Source of the DNA: Pseudomonadota bacterium
GTDB lineage: Bacteria > Pseudomonadota > Alphaproteobacteria > DSM-16000 > Inquilinaceae
Assembly (NCBI GenBank): GCA_039819285.1
Contig: JBCBSH010000001.1
Span: 402-64,401, forward strand
Direction: 5' to 3'
Length of the DNA stretch: 64,000 nt
The notes below the pieces were generated by a model. That model made no database searches. It was not told the origin of the DNA and saw only the letters and a list, made by a program, of their open reading frames with translations. How positions within the stretch are numbered: the first letter of the stretch is position 1; the number at the start of each line of letters is the position of its first letter. Below, in pieces: positions 7,848 to 17,894 of the stretch. The translations under genes were made by a program, and so were the position numbers.

Positions 7848-9832
7848 CGTTGCAGGTCCTGCTCCAACCCTTGTTGGCGTGGCCCTTCACCCAAGAGGCG
7901 TCGATAGACCTGCGCGGTTTCCAGAACCCGCTGGGTGTAGTTGCGTGTCTCATAGAAGGGAATGGTCTCCATCCAGTCGATGACGTCGTAGAGCTCCATT
8001 CGCCTCGGGTCGCCGAAGCGGCTGATCCATTGGTCCACGCGCGCGGCGCCGGCATTGTAGGACGGTATCGCCAGCACCCATGAGCCGCCGTAGCGATTGA
8101 TCCGATCGGCCAGATAGCTTGAACCAAGCCGAATGTTCAGGGCCGGGTCGGTGGTCAGACGGGCGGTATCGACCGAGACGCCGATTTGGCTGCCGACCCG
8201 ACGGGCGGTGTCCGGCAGCAACTGCATCAGCCCACGGGCGTTCGCGCCGCTGACGGCATCAAAGTCGAACTCGCTTTCCGTTCGGATGATCGCATGGACA
8301 AGCGCCGGATCGACCGCCGAGTGGGCGGTGGAGGTATCGACGACCGGATAGGTCGACCCGACCACCTGGATGCCGTCCTGAACGGCCTGCTTGCCCGCCC
8401 GCACGGCGCGGAAGTTGTTGCCGGCCTCCATCGCCAACTGGCCGACCAGGACATGATCGGCCGGCGTTTCGGCCTCCGCGACCAGAACCGCGAGGAACTC
8501 CTCGGCATGTTCGGCCTGGCCAAGCTGGGCCAGGGCGCGCACGATTTGAACCCGCTCGTCCGCCTCGAACGCCTGTGCCGTCGCGGCGGGTACGCCGGGC
8601 GTGGGCTCCAACGCGGCGACCGACGCCTGTCCCAGTTCTCCGGCCGCCATTTGGCCGTAGAAGGCCGTGGGGTGCTGGGCCGCCAACTGGTACCAGCGCT
8701 GGGCCTCCGCCTGGTTGCCGAGGGCCGCTTGCGATCGGCCGGACCAGTAGGCGCCCCGCGCGCTGCTGATCGGTGTGCTGGTGGCGTTGTACAGGTTCTG
8801 GAAATGGCCGAACGCGCGCGCCGGATCATTGAGGCGGCGCAACGCGACCCAGCCGGACAGCCATTCGCCTTGCAAGAGCGGGAAGCCGCCCGGTTGGCGA
8901 TGGTCGCTGGCGAGCGCGTAGGCGGTGCTGTAGTCGCCGCGATAGAAGGCCTCGCGCGCCTGATAGTGCCGTTCGGTCCACCAGCGCCTGGCGTGTTCGG
9001 ATTGGGCCGGCTGGCTGGGCAGCAGTTCGATGGCCCCGGCATCCAAGCCGGCGCGGCGGCGCCAACGGGTCCGCTCGTAATTCAGCCCTTCATCACTCCG
9101 CAGATTGGACGGCACGGCTTGGATCGCGCCGTCCACCCCCGGCTGGCGGGCCTGCAACAGAATGCGTGCGTTGCCGAGCGCGCGGCGACCGCTATCGACC
9201 AGCGGCAGCATGCGGCGCGCCTCGTCCAGCCGCCCGACCCAAATGAGATTGTCCAGCCGGCGCCAGTGATCGTCGGCCGTGAACGCGCTGCCGAAGCGCG
9301 CCAACATCTGGTCCTGTTGGCCCTGCGTGATCGGAATACTCGGCCAGCGGCTGCGCAGGTAGAGCCCGATCTCGTTCTGACGGCCCAGCGCGGCCAAGGC
9401 CTCGGCATAAGCGAACGTCGCATCGAAGGTCAGCGGCGGATAGCGCTGATGCCAGGCGACGCGTTCGGCCGGCGACATGTTCGTCGGCATGACCCGCTCA
9501 GCCTGCAGCCGAAGATCGGTAAGGCCCGGCCAGTTTGGGTGCTGATCAAGGAATTGGGTGATCTGGGCGAAGCTGGCGCTGCCGTCTCTGCGGGGCAAGT
9601 CCAGCCACAAGACGACATCGGCAAGCAGCGGGTCCGACGCTTGTGGCACCAGCGTTCGGGCTGTCGACCAGGCATTCAGATCGGCGGCCTCGAAGGCCGC
9701 GCGGTAGATGGCCAGATCGGCCAGCGAGAGCTGGGATTGCTGAGCCTGGGCGGGAGACGCAAGCGTCAGCCCAAACAGCGCCAGCAGCCACGCGGCTCGC
9801 TTGGCAAGACTAGGCCTTTTGTCTATGGTCAC
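7844..9832 (-). CDS. slt: Soluble lytic murein transglycosylase (Slt70-like)
   Basis: It has the SLT catalytic block IIRTESEFDFDAVSGANARGLMQLLPDTA and a long superhelical N-domain. The GTG at 9832 gives the signal peptide MTIDKRPSLAKRAAWLLALFGLTLASPAQA|QQ. The ORF stays open to 9916, so the start is uncertain. Confidence 0.85.
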   Translation of the reverse strand: MTIDKRPSLAKRAAWLLALFGLTLASPAQAQQSQLSLADLAIYRAAFEAADLNAWSTARTLVPQASDPLLADVVLWLDLPRRDGSASFAQITQFLDQHPNWPGLTDLRLQAERVMPTNMSPAERVAWHQRYPPLTFDATFAYAEALAALGRQNEIGLYLRSRWPSIPITQGQQDQMLARFGSAFTADDHWRRLDNLIWVGRLDEARRMLPLVDSGRRALGNARILLQARQPGVDGAIQAVPSNLRSDEGLNYERTRWRRRAGLDAGAIELLPSQPAQSEHARRWWTERHYQAREAFYRGDYSTAYALASDHRQPGGFPLLQGEWLSGWVALRRLNDPARAFGHFQNLYNATSTPISSARGAYWSGRSQAALGNQAEAQRWYQLAAQHPTAFYGQMAAGELGQASVAALEPTPGVPAATAQAFEADERVQIVRALAQLGQAEHAEEFLAVLVAEAETPADHVLVGQLAMEAGNNFRAVRAGKQAVQDGIQVVGSTYPVVDTSTAHSAVDPALVHAIIRTESEFDFDAVSGANARGLMQLLPDTARRVGSQIGVSVDTARLTTDPALNIRLGSSYLADRINRYGGSWVLAIPSYNAGAARVDQWISRFGDPRRMELYDVIDWMETIPFYETRNYTQRVLETAQVYRRLLGEGPRQQGLEQDLQR

Positions 9833-9866
9833 GGCCCTTTTTTCAGGCTGCCCCAAGGCACGCATC

Positions 9867-10760
9867 ATGGCGAACGGTTCCATTCTTTTCAGCGGGTCGA
9901 TTCCCGCCCTGATCACCCCGTTTACGCAAGACGGGGTCGATGAGAAAGCGTTTCAGGAATTCATCGACTGGCAAATCGAAGAGGGGTCCAGCGGTGTGGT
10001 ACCGGTCGGCACCACAGGCGAATCGCCGACGCTGAGCCATGCGGAGCATGAGCGCGTGGTCGAACTCGCGGTCGAGGTGGCCAACGGGCGGGTGCCGGTG
10101 ATCGCGGGCGCGGGCTCGAACGCGACGTCCGAGGCGATCTCGCTGGCCCGTCACGCCAAGGCGGCCGGCGCCGACGCCGCTTTGGTTGTCCTGCCTTACT
10201 ACAACAAGCCGACGCAAGAGGGATTGTATCAGCATTTCAAGGCCATCCACGACACCGCCGATCTGCCGATCCTAATTTACAACATTCCGGGCCGCTGTGT
10301 GATCGATATGTCGGTCGAGACCATGACCCGTCTGGCCAAGCTGCCAAACATCGTGGGCGTAAAGGATGCGACCAATGACCTCGGCCGACCGCTGCTGACG
10401 CGGGTTGGGATCGGTCCCGAATTTTGCCAACTGTCCGGCGAGGACATCACGGCGACCGCTTTTTACGCCCAGGGCGGCCATGGCTGTATCTCGGTGACCG
10501 CGAATGTTGCCCCGCGCCTATGCGCCGAGCAATACACGGCTTGGGAGCGCGGTGATCTCGCCGAGATGGGGCGGATCCGAGACCGGCTGGCGATGCTGCA
10601 CCGCGCTTTGTTCCTGGAGGCCAGTCCCGCACCGGTCAAGTATGCCGCCAGCTTGCTGGGCAAGGCCCAGCCGACCGTACGCGCGCCCTTGGTGGAGATA
10701 ACTGTCGAGACCAAAAAGGCAGTTCGCGCGGCAATGGAACATGCCGGAATCCTGAACTAG
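9867..10760 (+). CDS. dapA: 4-hydroxy-tetrahydrodipicolinate synthase
   Basis: It contains GSIPALITPFT, VPVGTTGES and YYNKPTQEGLYQHF. The ATG at 9867 gives the canonical N-terminus. Confidence 0.92.
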   Translation: MANGSILFSGSIPALITPFTQDGVDEKAFQEFIDWQIEEGSSGVVPVGTTGESPTLSHAEHERVVELAVEVANGRVPVIAGAGSNATSEAISLARHAKAAGADAALVVLPYYNKPTQEGLYQHFKAIHDTADLPILIYNIPGRCVIDMSVETMTRLAKLPNIVGVKDATNDLGRPLLTRVGIGPEFCQLSGEDITATAFYAQGGHGCISVTANVAPRLCAEQYTAWERGDLAEMGRIRDRLAMLHRALFLEASPAPVKYAASLLGKAQPTVRAPLVEITVETKKAVRAAMEHAGILN

Positions 10761-10766
10761 CGACCA

Positions 10767-11240
10767 ATGGCAAGCAAATCGGGACAGGAGGGCGAAACCG
10801 TCGCCCGCAATCGGCGTGCGCGTCATGACTATTTCATCGACGACACGCTGGAGGCTGGCGTCATCCTGACGGGCAGCGAAGTGAAGTCGCTGCGCGCCGG
10901 TCGGGCCAGTCTGAACGAATCCTATGCCGGGCCGATGGAGGGGGAGCTTTACCTGTTCAACGCCCACATTCCGGAATACCGGCCGGCCAACCGGTTCAAC
11001 CATGCCCCCAGGCGGCCGCGCAAGCTGCTGGTTAGGCGCAAGCAGTTGAACGAGCTGTTGGGCGCCTCTCAGCGTCAGGGCGTGACCCTGGTGCCGTTGG
11101 CGATTTACTTCAACAATCGCGGGCTGGCGAAGGTCGCGATTGGGCTTGCGCGCGGCAAGAAGCAGCATGACAAGCGCGAAACGGTCAAACAGCGCGATTG
11201 GCAACGCGAAAAGCAGAGATTGCTGCGCGAAAAAGGCTGA
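10767..11240 (+). CDS. smpB: SsrA-binding protein
   Basis: It contains [26 protein letters not shown] and the basic tail KKQHDKRE. Confidence 0.92.
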   Translation: MASKSGQEGETVARNRRARHDYFIDDTLEAGVILTGSEVKSLRAGRASLNESYAGPMEGELYLFNAHIPEYRPANRFNHAPRRPRKLLVRRKQLNELLGASQRQGVTLVPLAIYFNNRGLAKVAIGLARGKKQHDKRETVKQRDWQREKQRLLREKG

Positions 11241-11380
11241 TCCTGACAGCCGAAGTAACGCGCGGTTAACGGTGCCGACCTAGCGTCGCGATCAAACGGC
11301 TGACAGGCGATGCGGCGCTCGCCAACGTAGCTCCGCCGGTCAGCCAGTTTGGTTTCTTCCGACACCCACATGAGGAAGGC

Positions 11381-11617
11381 ATGACCGCTTCGGCGACCTC
11401 TCTGGACCAGACGAAAATGGGTGCGGCCGCCGTTGGCGTGGCCATTGCCCAAGCCTTGAGCGACTCCGATCCCTCCTTAGTGCGGCGCGCGCACCAAAAG
11501 GCTATGGCACTTCAGCGCGTCATGCGGCTACGCGGCGAAGACCAGGCTGCGGATATCCTGTTGTATTTCAGCAGTGCCCTGATGGACGAATCGTTGATGC
11601 CGCCCGAGGCCGCCTAG
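11381..11617 (+). CDS. Hypothetical small protein (78 aa)
   Basis: GAGGAAGG lies directly upstream of the ATG. No recognisable motif is present, and the 3' end overlaps the convergent UDG gene by 4 nt. Confidence 0.35.
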   Translation: MTASATSLDQTKMGAAAVGVAIAQALSDSDPSLVRRAHQKAMALQRVMRLRGEDQAADILLYFSSALMDESLMPPEAA

Positions 11618-12279
11618 CCCGCGTCTATTAGGCGGCGTACGTCTGCGAAGACGGCACGGAACATATCGGTGGTCAGCCGGCCCGTGTTGGTGTTGTACCG
11701 CGAGCAGTGATAGCTGTCCGCCAGCACCGGCCCGTCGGGCAACTGGTGAAGGGCGCCGTGGCCGAACGGAAACGCGGCCTGGCGCAGCCCATGGCCGGCG
11801 ATGACCGACCGGTGCGCAACACCGCCAAGCGCGACGATGGCCTTCAGGCCCGGCAGCGCGTCGAATTCGCCGGTGAGAAACCGTCGGCAGGTGTTGACTT
11901 CCGCCGGGGTCGGCGCGTTCTTGGGCGGCACGCAGCGCACGGCGTTGGTGATCCGGCAATTCAGCAGGCGCAGTCCGTCATCAGGGTCGGCCCTGTAGGT
12001 CCCGTCGGCGAAGCCGAACGCGACAAGCGTGGCATAGAGCAGGTCGCCGGCATAGTCGCCCGTAAACGGTCGACCGGTACGATTGGCGCCGCGCAGCCCG
12101 GGTGCCAGACCCACGATCAGCAGTTGGGCGCCACCGGCTGCCGGTTCGGCCTCGTGGAAGCTGGGGACCGGTGCGTTAAAGAAGTCCGGATGCTGGTCTT
12201 GGTTGTCGGCCCTAAATGCCGCCAGGCGTGGGCACAGTGCACAATTCTGCGCCGGCTGTACGGCTGCGGCGGCAGTCAT
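11614..12279 (-). CDS. Uracil-DNA glycosylase superfamily protein, family 5 (UDGb)-like
   Basis: Motif A is GLAPGLRGANRTGRPFTGDYAG and the C-terminal block is SYHCSRYNTNTGRLT. Confidence 0.8.
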   Translation of the reverse strand: MTAAAAVQPAQNCALCPRLAAFRADNQDQHPDFFNAPVPSFHEAEPAAGGAQLLIVGLAPGLRGANRTGRPFTGDYAGDLLYATLVAFGFADGTYRADPDDGLRLLNCRITNAVRCVPPKNAPTPAEVNTCRRFLTGEFDALPGLKAIVALGGVAHRSVIAGHGLRQAAFPFGHGALHQLPDGPVLADSYHCSRYNTNTGRLTTDMFRAVFADVRRLIDAG

Positions 12280-12306
12280 GCGAAACGTCAGGCCCAGGCT
12301 GGGTGG

Positions 12307-12927
12307 TCAGGCAGAGCGCAAATGCGCCATCGCCTGTTCGTACTCCTGCTCGTACTGATCGTCGTCGTCACCCTCGGGCGCGCGGTTGGCGTTCGGCCCG
12401 CCCTCGCGCTCGATGTGTGGGGCCAGGTCCTGCAGCTCGATGAAATTGTCGGCAAGTCGACGCAGATCGTCCGAGACCATCGGTGGCTGGGCCTTGATGG
12501 TGCTGACCACCGTCACCCGGACGCCCCGGGGCTGCAGCGCCTCGACCAACCGCTTGAAGTCGCCGTCGCCGGTAAACAGCAGAATGTGGTCAACCTTGTC
12601 GGCAATCTCCAGCGCATCGATGGCCAGGTCGATGTCGATCGACCCCTTCACCTTTCGGCGCCCCTGGCTGTCGGTGTACTCGCGGATCGGTTTGGTGACC
12701 ATGGTGAAGCCGTTATAGTCCAACCAGTCGACCAGCGGCCGCAGCGGCGAATACTCCTGATCCTCGAACATCGTCGTGTAGTAGAAGGCCCGGATCAGGC
12801 GCCCCTTCTTGGCGAACATGGACAAAAGGCGCCGATAATCGATATCGAAATTGAGGGCCCTGGCCGTTGCATAAAGGTTGGCGCCGTCAATAAAAATCGC
12901 CAGACGTTCTTCCTTGTAGAAAATCAT
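12307..12927 (-). CDS. NYN domain (LabA/DUF88-like) putative RNase
   Basis: It contains RLAIFIDGANLY...DIDYRRL, VKGSIDIDLAIDAL and LFTGDGDF, the acidic residues of the PIN-like NYN fold. Confidence 0.75.
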   Translation of the reverse strand: MIFYKEERLAIFIDGANLYATARALNFDIDYRRLLSMFAKKGRLIRAFYYTTMFEDQEYSPLRPLVDWLDYNGFTMVTKPIREYTDSQGRRKVKGSIDIDLAIDALEIADKVDHILLFTGDGDFKRLVEALQPRGVRVTVVSTIKAQPPMVSDDLRRLADNFIELQDLAPHIEREGGPNANRAPEGDDDDQYEQEYEQAMAHLRSA

Positions 12928-13243
12928 CCAGAAACCTTCCCAATCCGCCTTGTTCGACGGAAACTTAGCAGTTCAATCTAAAATCGCCTTCGATAGGGCG
13001 GAGTCTTCAAATCGCAACGAATTAGTTGAAGCGGCCCCGAGATATACTATCCCAACCATTGATTCTCGCCGGAATCGCAGGCGATCTTTCGTATGATCAT
13101 CCATGTAATCGGTTCCGAAAGAAAGCGCCAGCCCTATTCAAAGGCTCATATCGGCTATGCCGGCGAGGTCTTGCGTCCGGCGGGCCGCATGCCTATATTC
13201 CGCGCCTTCCGGCCACATGATTGCATTTGGAGCATAATCGCCC

Positions 13244-13672
13244 ATGGCGCGCGTTACTGTTGAAGACTGTGTTGAGAAAGTCCCCAATCGATTTGATCTG
13301 GTCATGTTTGCCGGCCAGCGTGCCCGCAACATCACCGCCGGTGAAGAGCTGACCGTCGAGCGTGACAACGACAAGAATCCGGTCGTTGCGCTGCGCGAGA
13401 TCGCGGACGAGACGGTTGAGTTGGAAGGTCTGAAGGAAAACCTGATCCGCGGGCATCAGAAGTTCATCAGCATGGAAGATGAGCCCGAAGAAGAGATCAT
13501 CGAGTTCATGGCCGGCGAGGAAGAACTGGCTGGGGTGGTTCAGGCGGAGAACGAGCTTGTCGCCGGCACCGACCATGTCTCCGACGCCAGCGAGATCGCA
13601 ACAGACGCCGAGCCGCCGGCCAGCGATGAGGCCGCCGGTGATCAGCCGGACGCCGACGAAGAGCAGATTTGA
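13244..13672 (+). CDS. rpoZ: DNA-directed RNA polymerase subunit omega
   Basis: It begins [30 protein letters not shown] and has an acidic C-terminal tail. Confidence 0.92.
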   Translation: MARVTVEDCVEKVPNRFDLVMFAGQRARNITAGEELTVERDNDKNPVVALREIADETVELEGLKENLIRGHQKFISMEDEPEEEIIEFMAGEEELAGVVQAENELVAGTDHVSDASEIATDAEPPASDEAAGDQPDADEEQI

Positions 13673-13689
13673 TCTTTTCCATCCGTTTA

Positions 13690-13722
13690 GGCGCCTTACG
13701 TTGTAAAGTAGGTTAAGGCGCC
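13690..13722 (+). promoter_or_regulatory. Stem-loop in the rpoZ-spoT spacer
   Basis: GGCGCCTTA-N15-TAAGGCGCC forms a perfect 9-bp stem. No T-tract follows it. Confidence 0.3.
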
Positions 13723-13766
13723 CGTCGGCATGCCGGTTTCCTCCGGCCGCGAGGCGAGGGAAATGG

Positions 13767-15926
13767 ATGATCCGGCAATACGAGCTGATTGAGACGGTCA
13801 AGCGTTACGATCCATCGGCGGACGAAGACCTGATCAACCGCGCCTACGTATTTTCCATGAAAGCCCACGGCACCCAGCAGCGTGCCTCGGGCGACCCTTA
13901 CTTTCTGCACCCGCTTGAAGTTGCCGGCATTCTTGCCGGCATGAAGCTGGACAGCGGCTCCATCGTTACAGGATTGCTGCACGACACGGTCGAGGACACG
14001 GTAGCGACGCGCGGCGACATCGAACAGCAGTTCGGCGACGAGATCGCCGGACTGGTCGAGGGCGTGACCAAGCTATCGCAGTTGGAACTGCAGGATTCGG
14101 CGTCGAAGCAAGCGGAAAACTTCCGCAAGCTGGTGCTGGCAATGTCGAAGGACCTGCGTGTCCTTTTGGTGAAGCTGGCCGACCGTTTGCACAACATGCG
14201 CACGCTGAATGCCATCGCGTGTGAGGAAAAGCGCCGCCGCATCGCGCGCGAAACGTTGGAGATCTATGCCCCGCTGGCCGAACGCATCGGCATGGGCGAG
14301 ATGCAGGACGAGCTTGAGGACCTGGCCTTCGACCAGCTTCATCCCGAGGCGCGCGAAGGCATCGACGCGCGGCTGACCTTCTTGCGTAAGGAAGGCGGCG
14401 ACCTGGTTGCCCGCATCATCGGCGAGTTGAGCGACGTACTGCGGGAAGGCGGCATCAAGGCGGAGGTGTCCGGGCGCGAGAAGCGCCCATATTCCATCTG
14501 GCGCAAGATGCAGCGCAAATCGATCGCCTTCGAGCAACTGTCGGACATCATGGCGTTCCGCATCAATGTCGACACGGTCGCAGAGTGCTATCAGGCCTTG
14601 GGCGAGATCCACGCGCACTACGCATCGCTGCCGAACCGGTTCAAGGACTATATCTCGACGCCGAAGACCAACGGCTATCAGTCGCTGCACACGGGCGTCA
14701 TCGGCCCGCATCGCCAGCGCATCGAGATCCAGATCCGCACTTATGAGATGCACAGCGTCGCCGAGTTGGGCGTCGCGGCGCACTGGTCCTACAAGTCCGG
14801 CGAGCCGATCACCGACGGCCCGCAATACCGCTGGCTGCGCGAGCTCCTGGACATCATGGAGCATGCCTCGAAGCCGGACGAGTTCCTGGAGCATACGAAG
14901 CTGGAACTGTTTCAGGACCAGGTCTTCTGCTTCACGCCCAAGGGCACGCTGATCAACCTGCCGCAAGGTGCCACGCCGATCGACTTTGCCTATGCGGTCC
15001 ATTCGGAGATTGGCGACACCTGCGTCGGGGCGAAGATCAATGGCCGGCTGGTGCCCTTGCGCGAGGCTCTGTCGAACGGCGACCAGGTGGAGATCCTAAC
15101 CTCGAAGACCTCCACCCCCTCACCGGAATGGGAGCGGATCGCGGTTACCGGCAAGGCCCGCGCGCGCATCCGCCGCTTCATCCGCCTGCGCCAGCGGGAC
15201 CAGTATGCCGAGCTTGGCCGTGCGATGCTGCAGAAGCTGTTCCGGCAAGAGGGGTACGAGTTCACCGAGAAGGCCGTCGCCGGCGTGGTCAAGACCTTGA
15301 AGGTGAACGCGGTCGAGGACGTCTACGCCAATGTCGGTTCGGGCATCACGCCGGCGCGCGAGGTCTTCAATCTGGTCTTCCCCGGCCACCGCAGCGAGCA
15401 GCAAAAGGAACAGGAAGAGCAGCGGCGCGGCCAGGTCATTCCGCTGACAAGGGGCCAAGCGCGCAAGTCCGGCGATCCCTCGATCCCGATCAAAGGCCTG
15501 ATCCCGGGCATGGCGGTGCATTACGCGCGCTGCTGTCACCCGATCCCCGGTGATCGCATCGTCGGCATCGTCACCACGGGCAAAGGTGTCACCATCCACA
15601 CCATCGACTGCGAGACGCTGGAGAGCTTCTACGACCAGCCGGAGCGGTGGCTGGATGTGAGTTGGGACGACCGGGCGGCCGACGACCATGTCGGCCGCAT
15701 CCATGCCGTGATCGCCAACGAGCCCGGCAGCCTCGGCAACCTGACCACGGTGATCGGCAAGAATGGCGGCAACATAACCAACCTGAAGATCACCAACCGC
15801 AACACCGACTTTTTCGAGATGTTGATCGACATCGACGTCGCCGATGTCAAACACCTGGCCAACATCATCGCCGCCTTGCGGGCGACGCGCGAGATTTCGC
15901 GGGTCGACCGGGCGCGCAGTGGTTGA
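13767..15926 (+). CDS. spoT: Bifunctional (p)ppGpp synthetase/hydrolase (RelA/SpoT homologue)
   Basis: The HD domain is shown by HPLEVAGIL and LHDTVEDT. The synthetase block is [13 protein letters not shown]...[18 protein letters not shown] and C-terminal ACT regions are also present. Confidence 0.95.
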   Translation: MIRQYELIETVKRYDPSADEDLINRAYVFSMKAHGTQQRASGDPYFLHPLEVAGILAGMKLDSGSIVTGLLHDTVEDTVATRGDIEQQFGDEIAGLVEGVTKLSQLELQDSASKQAENFRKLVLAMSKDLRVLLVKLADRLHNMRTLNAIACEEKRRRIARETLEIYAPLAERIGMGEMQDELEDLAFDQLHPEAREGIDARLTFLRKEGGDLVARIIGELSDVLREGGIKAEVSGREKRPYSIWRKMQRKSIAFEQLSDIMAFRINVDTVAECYQALGEIHAHYASLPNRFKDYISTPKTNGYQSLHTGVIGPHRQRIEIQIRTYEMHSVAELGVAAHWSYKSGEPITDGPQYRWLRELLDIMEHASKPDEFLEHTKLELFQDQVFCFTPKGTLINLPQGATPIDFAYAVHSEIGDTCVGAKINGRLVPLREALSNGDQVEILTSKTSTPSPEWERIAVTGKARARIRRFIRLRQRDQYAELGRAMLQKLFRQEGYEFTEKAVAGVVKTLKVNAVEDVYANVGSGITPAREVFNLVFPGHRSEQQKEQEEQRRGQVIPLTRGQARKSGDPSIPIKGLIPGMAVHYARCCHPIPGDRIVGIVTTGKGVTIHTIDCETLESFYDQPERWLDVSWDDRAADDHVGRIHAVIANEPGSLGNLTTVIGKNGGNITNLKITNRNTDFFEMLIDIDVADVKHLANIIAALRATREISRVDRARSG

Positions 15927-15942
15927 TCGGGACGGCGCGGCC

Positions 15943-16365
15943 ATGATCCTGGGTATCGGCAACGACATCATCGATATCAGGCGGGTCGAACGCACGCTGG
16001 AGCGGTTTGGCCGGCGCTTCACCGACCGTGTCTTCACGGAGTTGGAGCGCGCCAAGTCCGATCGCAGGCGCCTGCGCGCCGCCAGCTATGCTAAGCGGTT
16101 TGCCGCCAAGGAGGCCTGCTCGAAGGCACTGGGCACGGGCCTCAGGCGCGGCGTTTTCTGGCGCGACATGGGTGTCGTGAACCTGCCCAGCGGCCAGCCG
16201 ACCATGCGGCTGACGAACGGGGCCGCGCGCCGCTTGAGCGAAATGGTGCCGGATGGCATGGCGGCCCAGATCCACCTCACGATCACCGACGATTTTCCGC
16301 AAGCCCAGGCGGTCGTGATCATCTCGGCGGTCCCGACCGCCGGGCTACAGACCACAGAAGCTTGA
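15943..16365 (+). CDS. acpS: Holo-[acyl-carrier-protein] synthase
   Basis: It begins [16 protein letters not shown] and contains [14 protein letters not shown]. The ATG at 15943 is chosen over the upstream extension that overlaps spoT. Confidence 0.9.
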   Translation: MILGIGNDIIDIRRVERTLERFGRRFTDRVFTELERAKSDRRRLRAASYAKRFAAKEACSKALGTGLRRGVFWRDMGVVNLPSGQPTMRLTNGAARRLSEMVPDGMAAQIHLTITDDFPQAQAVVIISAVPTAGLQTTEA

Positions 16366-16420
16366 TTTCCGGCGCCGCAAGGCCGATACACCCCCCAACT
16401 GAAACTCAGCAGCACAGCCC

Positions 16421-17176
16421 ATGACCACTTCGGCCTCCGCCAAGAGCAAATCCGGCGGCATTATCGGCACGATCAAGACCATCGTCATCGCGGTTCTGAT
16501 CGCGCTGGGCGTGCGCACCTTTCTCTATGAGCCGTTCAACATACCGACGGGGTCGATGGTGCCGACCTTGCTGGTCGGTGACTATCTGTTCGTGTCGAAG
16601 TTTGCCTACGGCTACAGCGCCCAGACGCTGTTGTTCGGCATTCCGGCCTTCGATGGCCGCATCTTCGCCAGCGAGCCGGACCGTGGCGACGTGATCGTGT
16701 TTCGCCTGCCGACCAACCCGTCGGAGCACTACATTAAGCGCCTGATCGGCCTTCCTGGGGACGAAATCCAGATGATTGAAGGCCGGCTCTACATCAATGG
16801 CGAGATGGTCGAGCGGGAACGGATCGAGGATTACGTCTATCAGGGCGTGCGTTACCAGCAGTACATCGAAACCCTGCCGAATGGCCGCGAGCACAACATT
16901 ATCGAACGGTCCGACAGCGCCGGGCTGGACAACACGCCGGTCTATGTCGTGCCGGAGGATCATTACTTCTTCATGGGCGACAATCGCGATGGCAGCCTGG
17001 ACAGCCGCGTGCCCGGCCGCAACGGTCAGCCGGCCCAGGTCGGCTATGTGCCCGGCGACAATCTGGTCGGTCGCGCCGAGGTGATCTGGTTCAGCCTGGA
17101 GGATTCCAGCTTCTTCGAGGTCTGGAACTGGCCGACCTCGCTGCGCGTCAGCCGCATTTTCGACGCGGTCAATTAG
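16421..17176 (+). CDS. lepB: Signal peptidase I
   Basis: It has the Ser box IPTGSMVPTL, the Lys box KRLIGLPGD and GDNRDGSLDSR. Confidence 0.93.
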   Translation: MTTSASAKSKSGGIIGTIKTIVIAVLIALGVRTFLYEPFNIPTGSMVPTLLVGDYLFVSKFAYGYSAQTLLFGIPAFDGRIFASEPDRGDVIVFRLPTNPSEHYIKRLIGLPGDEIQMIEGRLYINGEMVERERIEDYVYQGVRYQQYIETLPNGREHNIIERSDSAGLDNTPVYVVPEDHYFFMGDNRDGSLDSRVPGRNGQPAQVGYVPGDNLVGRAEVIWFSLEDSSFFEVWNWPTSLRVSRIFDAVN

Positions 17177-17177
17177 G

Positions 17178-17894
17178 TTGAACGGGGCTGACGCGACCGA
17201 GTTTCACGCCGACGCGCTGATCGAACGGATCGGCCATCCTTTCCATGATCGCGCGCTGCTGCGCGAGGCGATGACCCATCCCAGCGTCGAACCGGCGGAG
17301 CGCAGCGGCGCCAAGTTCGGCTACGAACGGCTGGAATTCCTCGGCGATCGTGTGCTGGCCCTGGTCATTGCCCAGTGGCTGCTCGATCGCTATCCGCGTG
17401 AGCATGAGGGCCAGATTGCCAAGCGCTTTGTCGCCATGGTTCGGCGTGAGGCCCTGGCGTGGGTCGCGGAAAATCTCAGCCTTGGCCAGTTCGTGCTGAT
17501 GTCTGAGGCGGAGGCGGGGGCGGGCGGGCGCAACAAGGACGCCATCCTCGCCGATGCCTGCGAGGCGCTAATCGGCGCGCTTTATCGCGATGGCGGTCTG
17601 GACGCCGCAGACCGGTTCATCCGCACCCAGTGGCACGGTTTGGTCGAACAGCACCTGAAGCCGCCGCAGGACCCGAAGACCGCCCTGCAGGAATGGGCGC
17701 AGGCGCGCGGGCTGCCACTGCCTTCATACGAGACCACCGGACGCAAGGGGCCGGACCACGCGCCCTCTTTCACCGTGACGGTCAGCGTACGGGGTTGGCC
17801 GCCGGCATCGGCTGAAGGGGCCAACAAGCGCGAGGCCGCTAAGCTCGCCGCCGAGGCGCTGCTGGCCAAACTGACCCGAGCGGACGATGACTGA
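17178..17894 (+). CDS. rnc: Ribonuclease III
   Basis: It has the signature ERLEFLGDRVL and a C-terminal dsRBD (GPDHAPSFTV...GANKREAAKLAA). Confidence 0.93.
   Translation: MNGADATEFHADALIERIGHPFHDRALLREAMTHPSVEPAERSGAKFGYERLEFLGDRVLALVIAQWLLDRYPREHEGQIAKRFVAMVRREALAWVAENLSLGQFVLMSEAEAGAGGRNKDAILADACEALIGALYRDGGLDAADRFIRTQWHGLVEQHLKPPQDPKTALQEWAQARGLPLPSYETTGRKGPDHAPSFTVTVSVRGWPPASAEGANKREAAKLAAEALLAKLTRADDD

Noticed and set aside
8186-9943. A 585-aa ORF on the plus strand, antisense to slt.
   Set aside because: It is a typical high-GC shadow ORF. Its composition is Arg/Gly/Ala-rich and low-complexity with no motif. The opposite strand carries an unambiguous SLT-domain gene.
11243-11310. A long-range inverted repeat, CCTGACAGCCG...CGGCTGACAGG, downstream of smpB. 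It was considered as a terminator or a tmRNA-related element.
   Set aside because: It has one central mismatch, a loop of about 45 nt and no T-tract. It has no tmRNA features such as a tRNA-like acceptor or a tag ORF.
11707-12981. A 424-aa plus-strand ORF spanning the UDG and NYN loci.
   Set aside because: It runs antisense across two well-supported genes and their spacer, and it has no recognisable domain. It is a GC-driven open frame.
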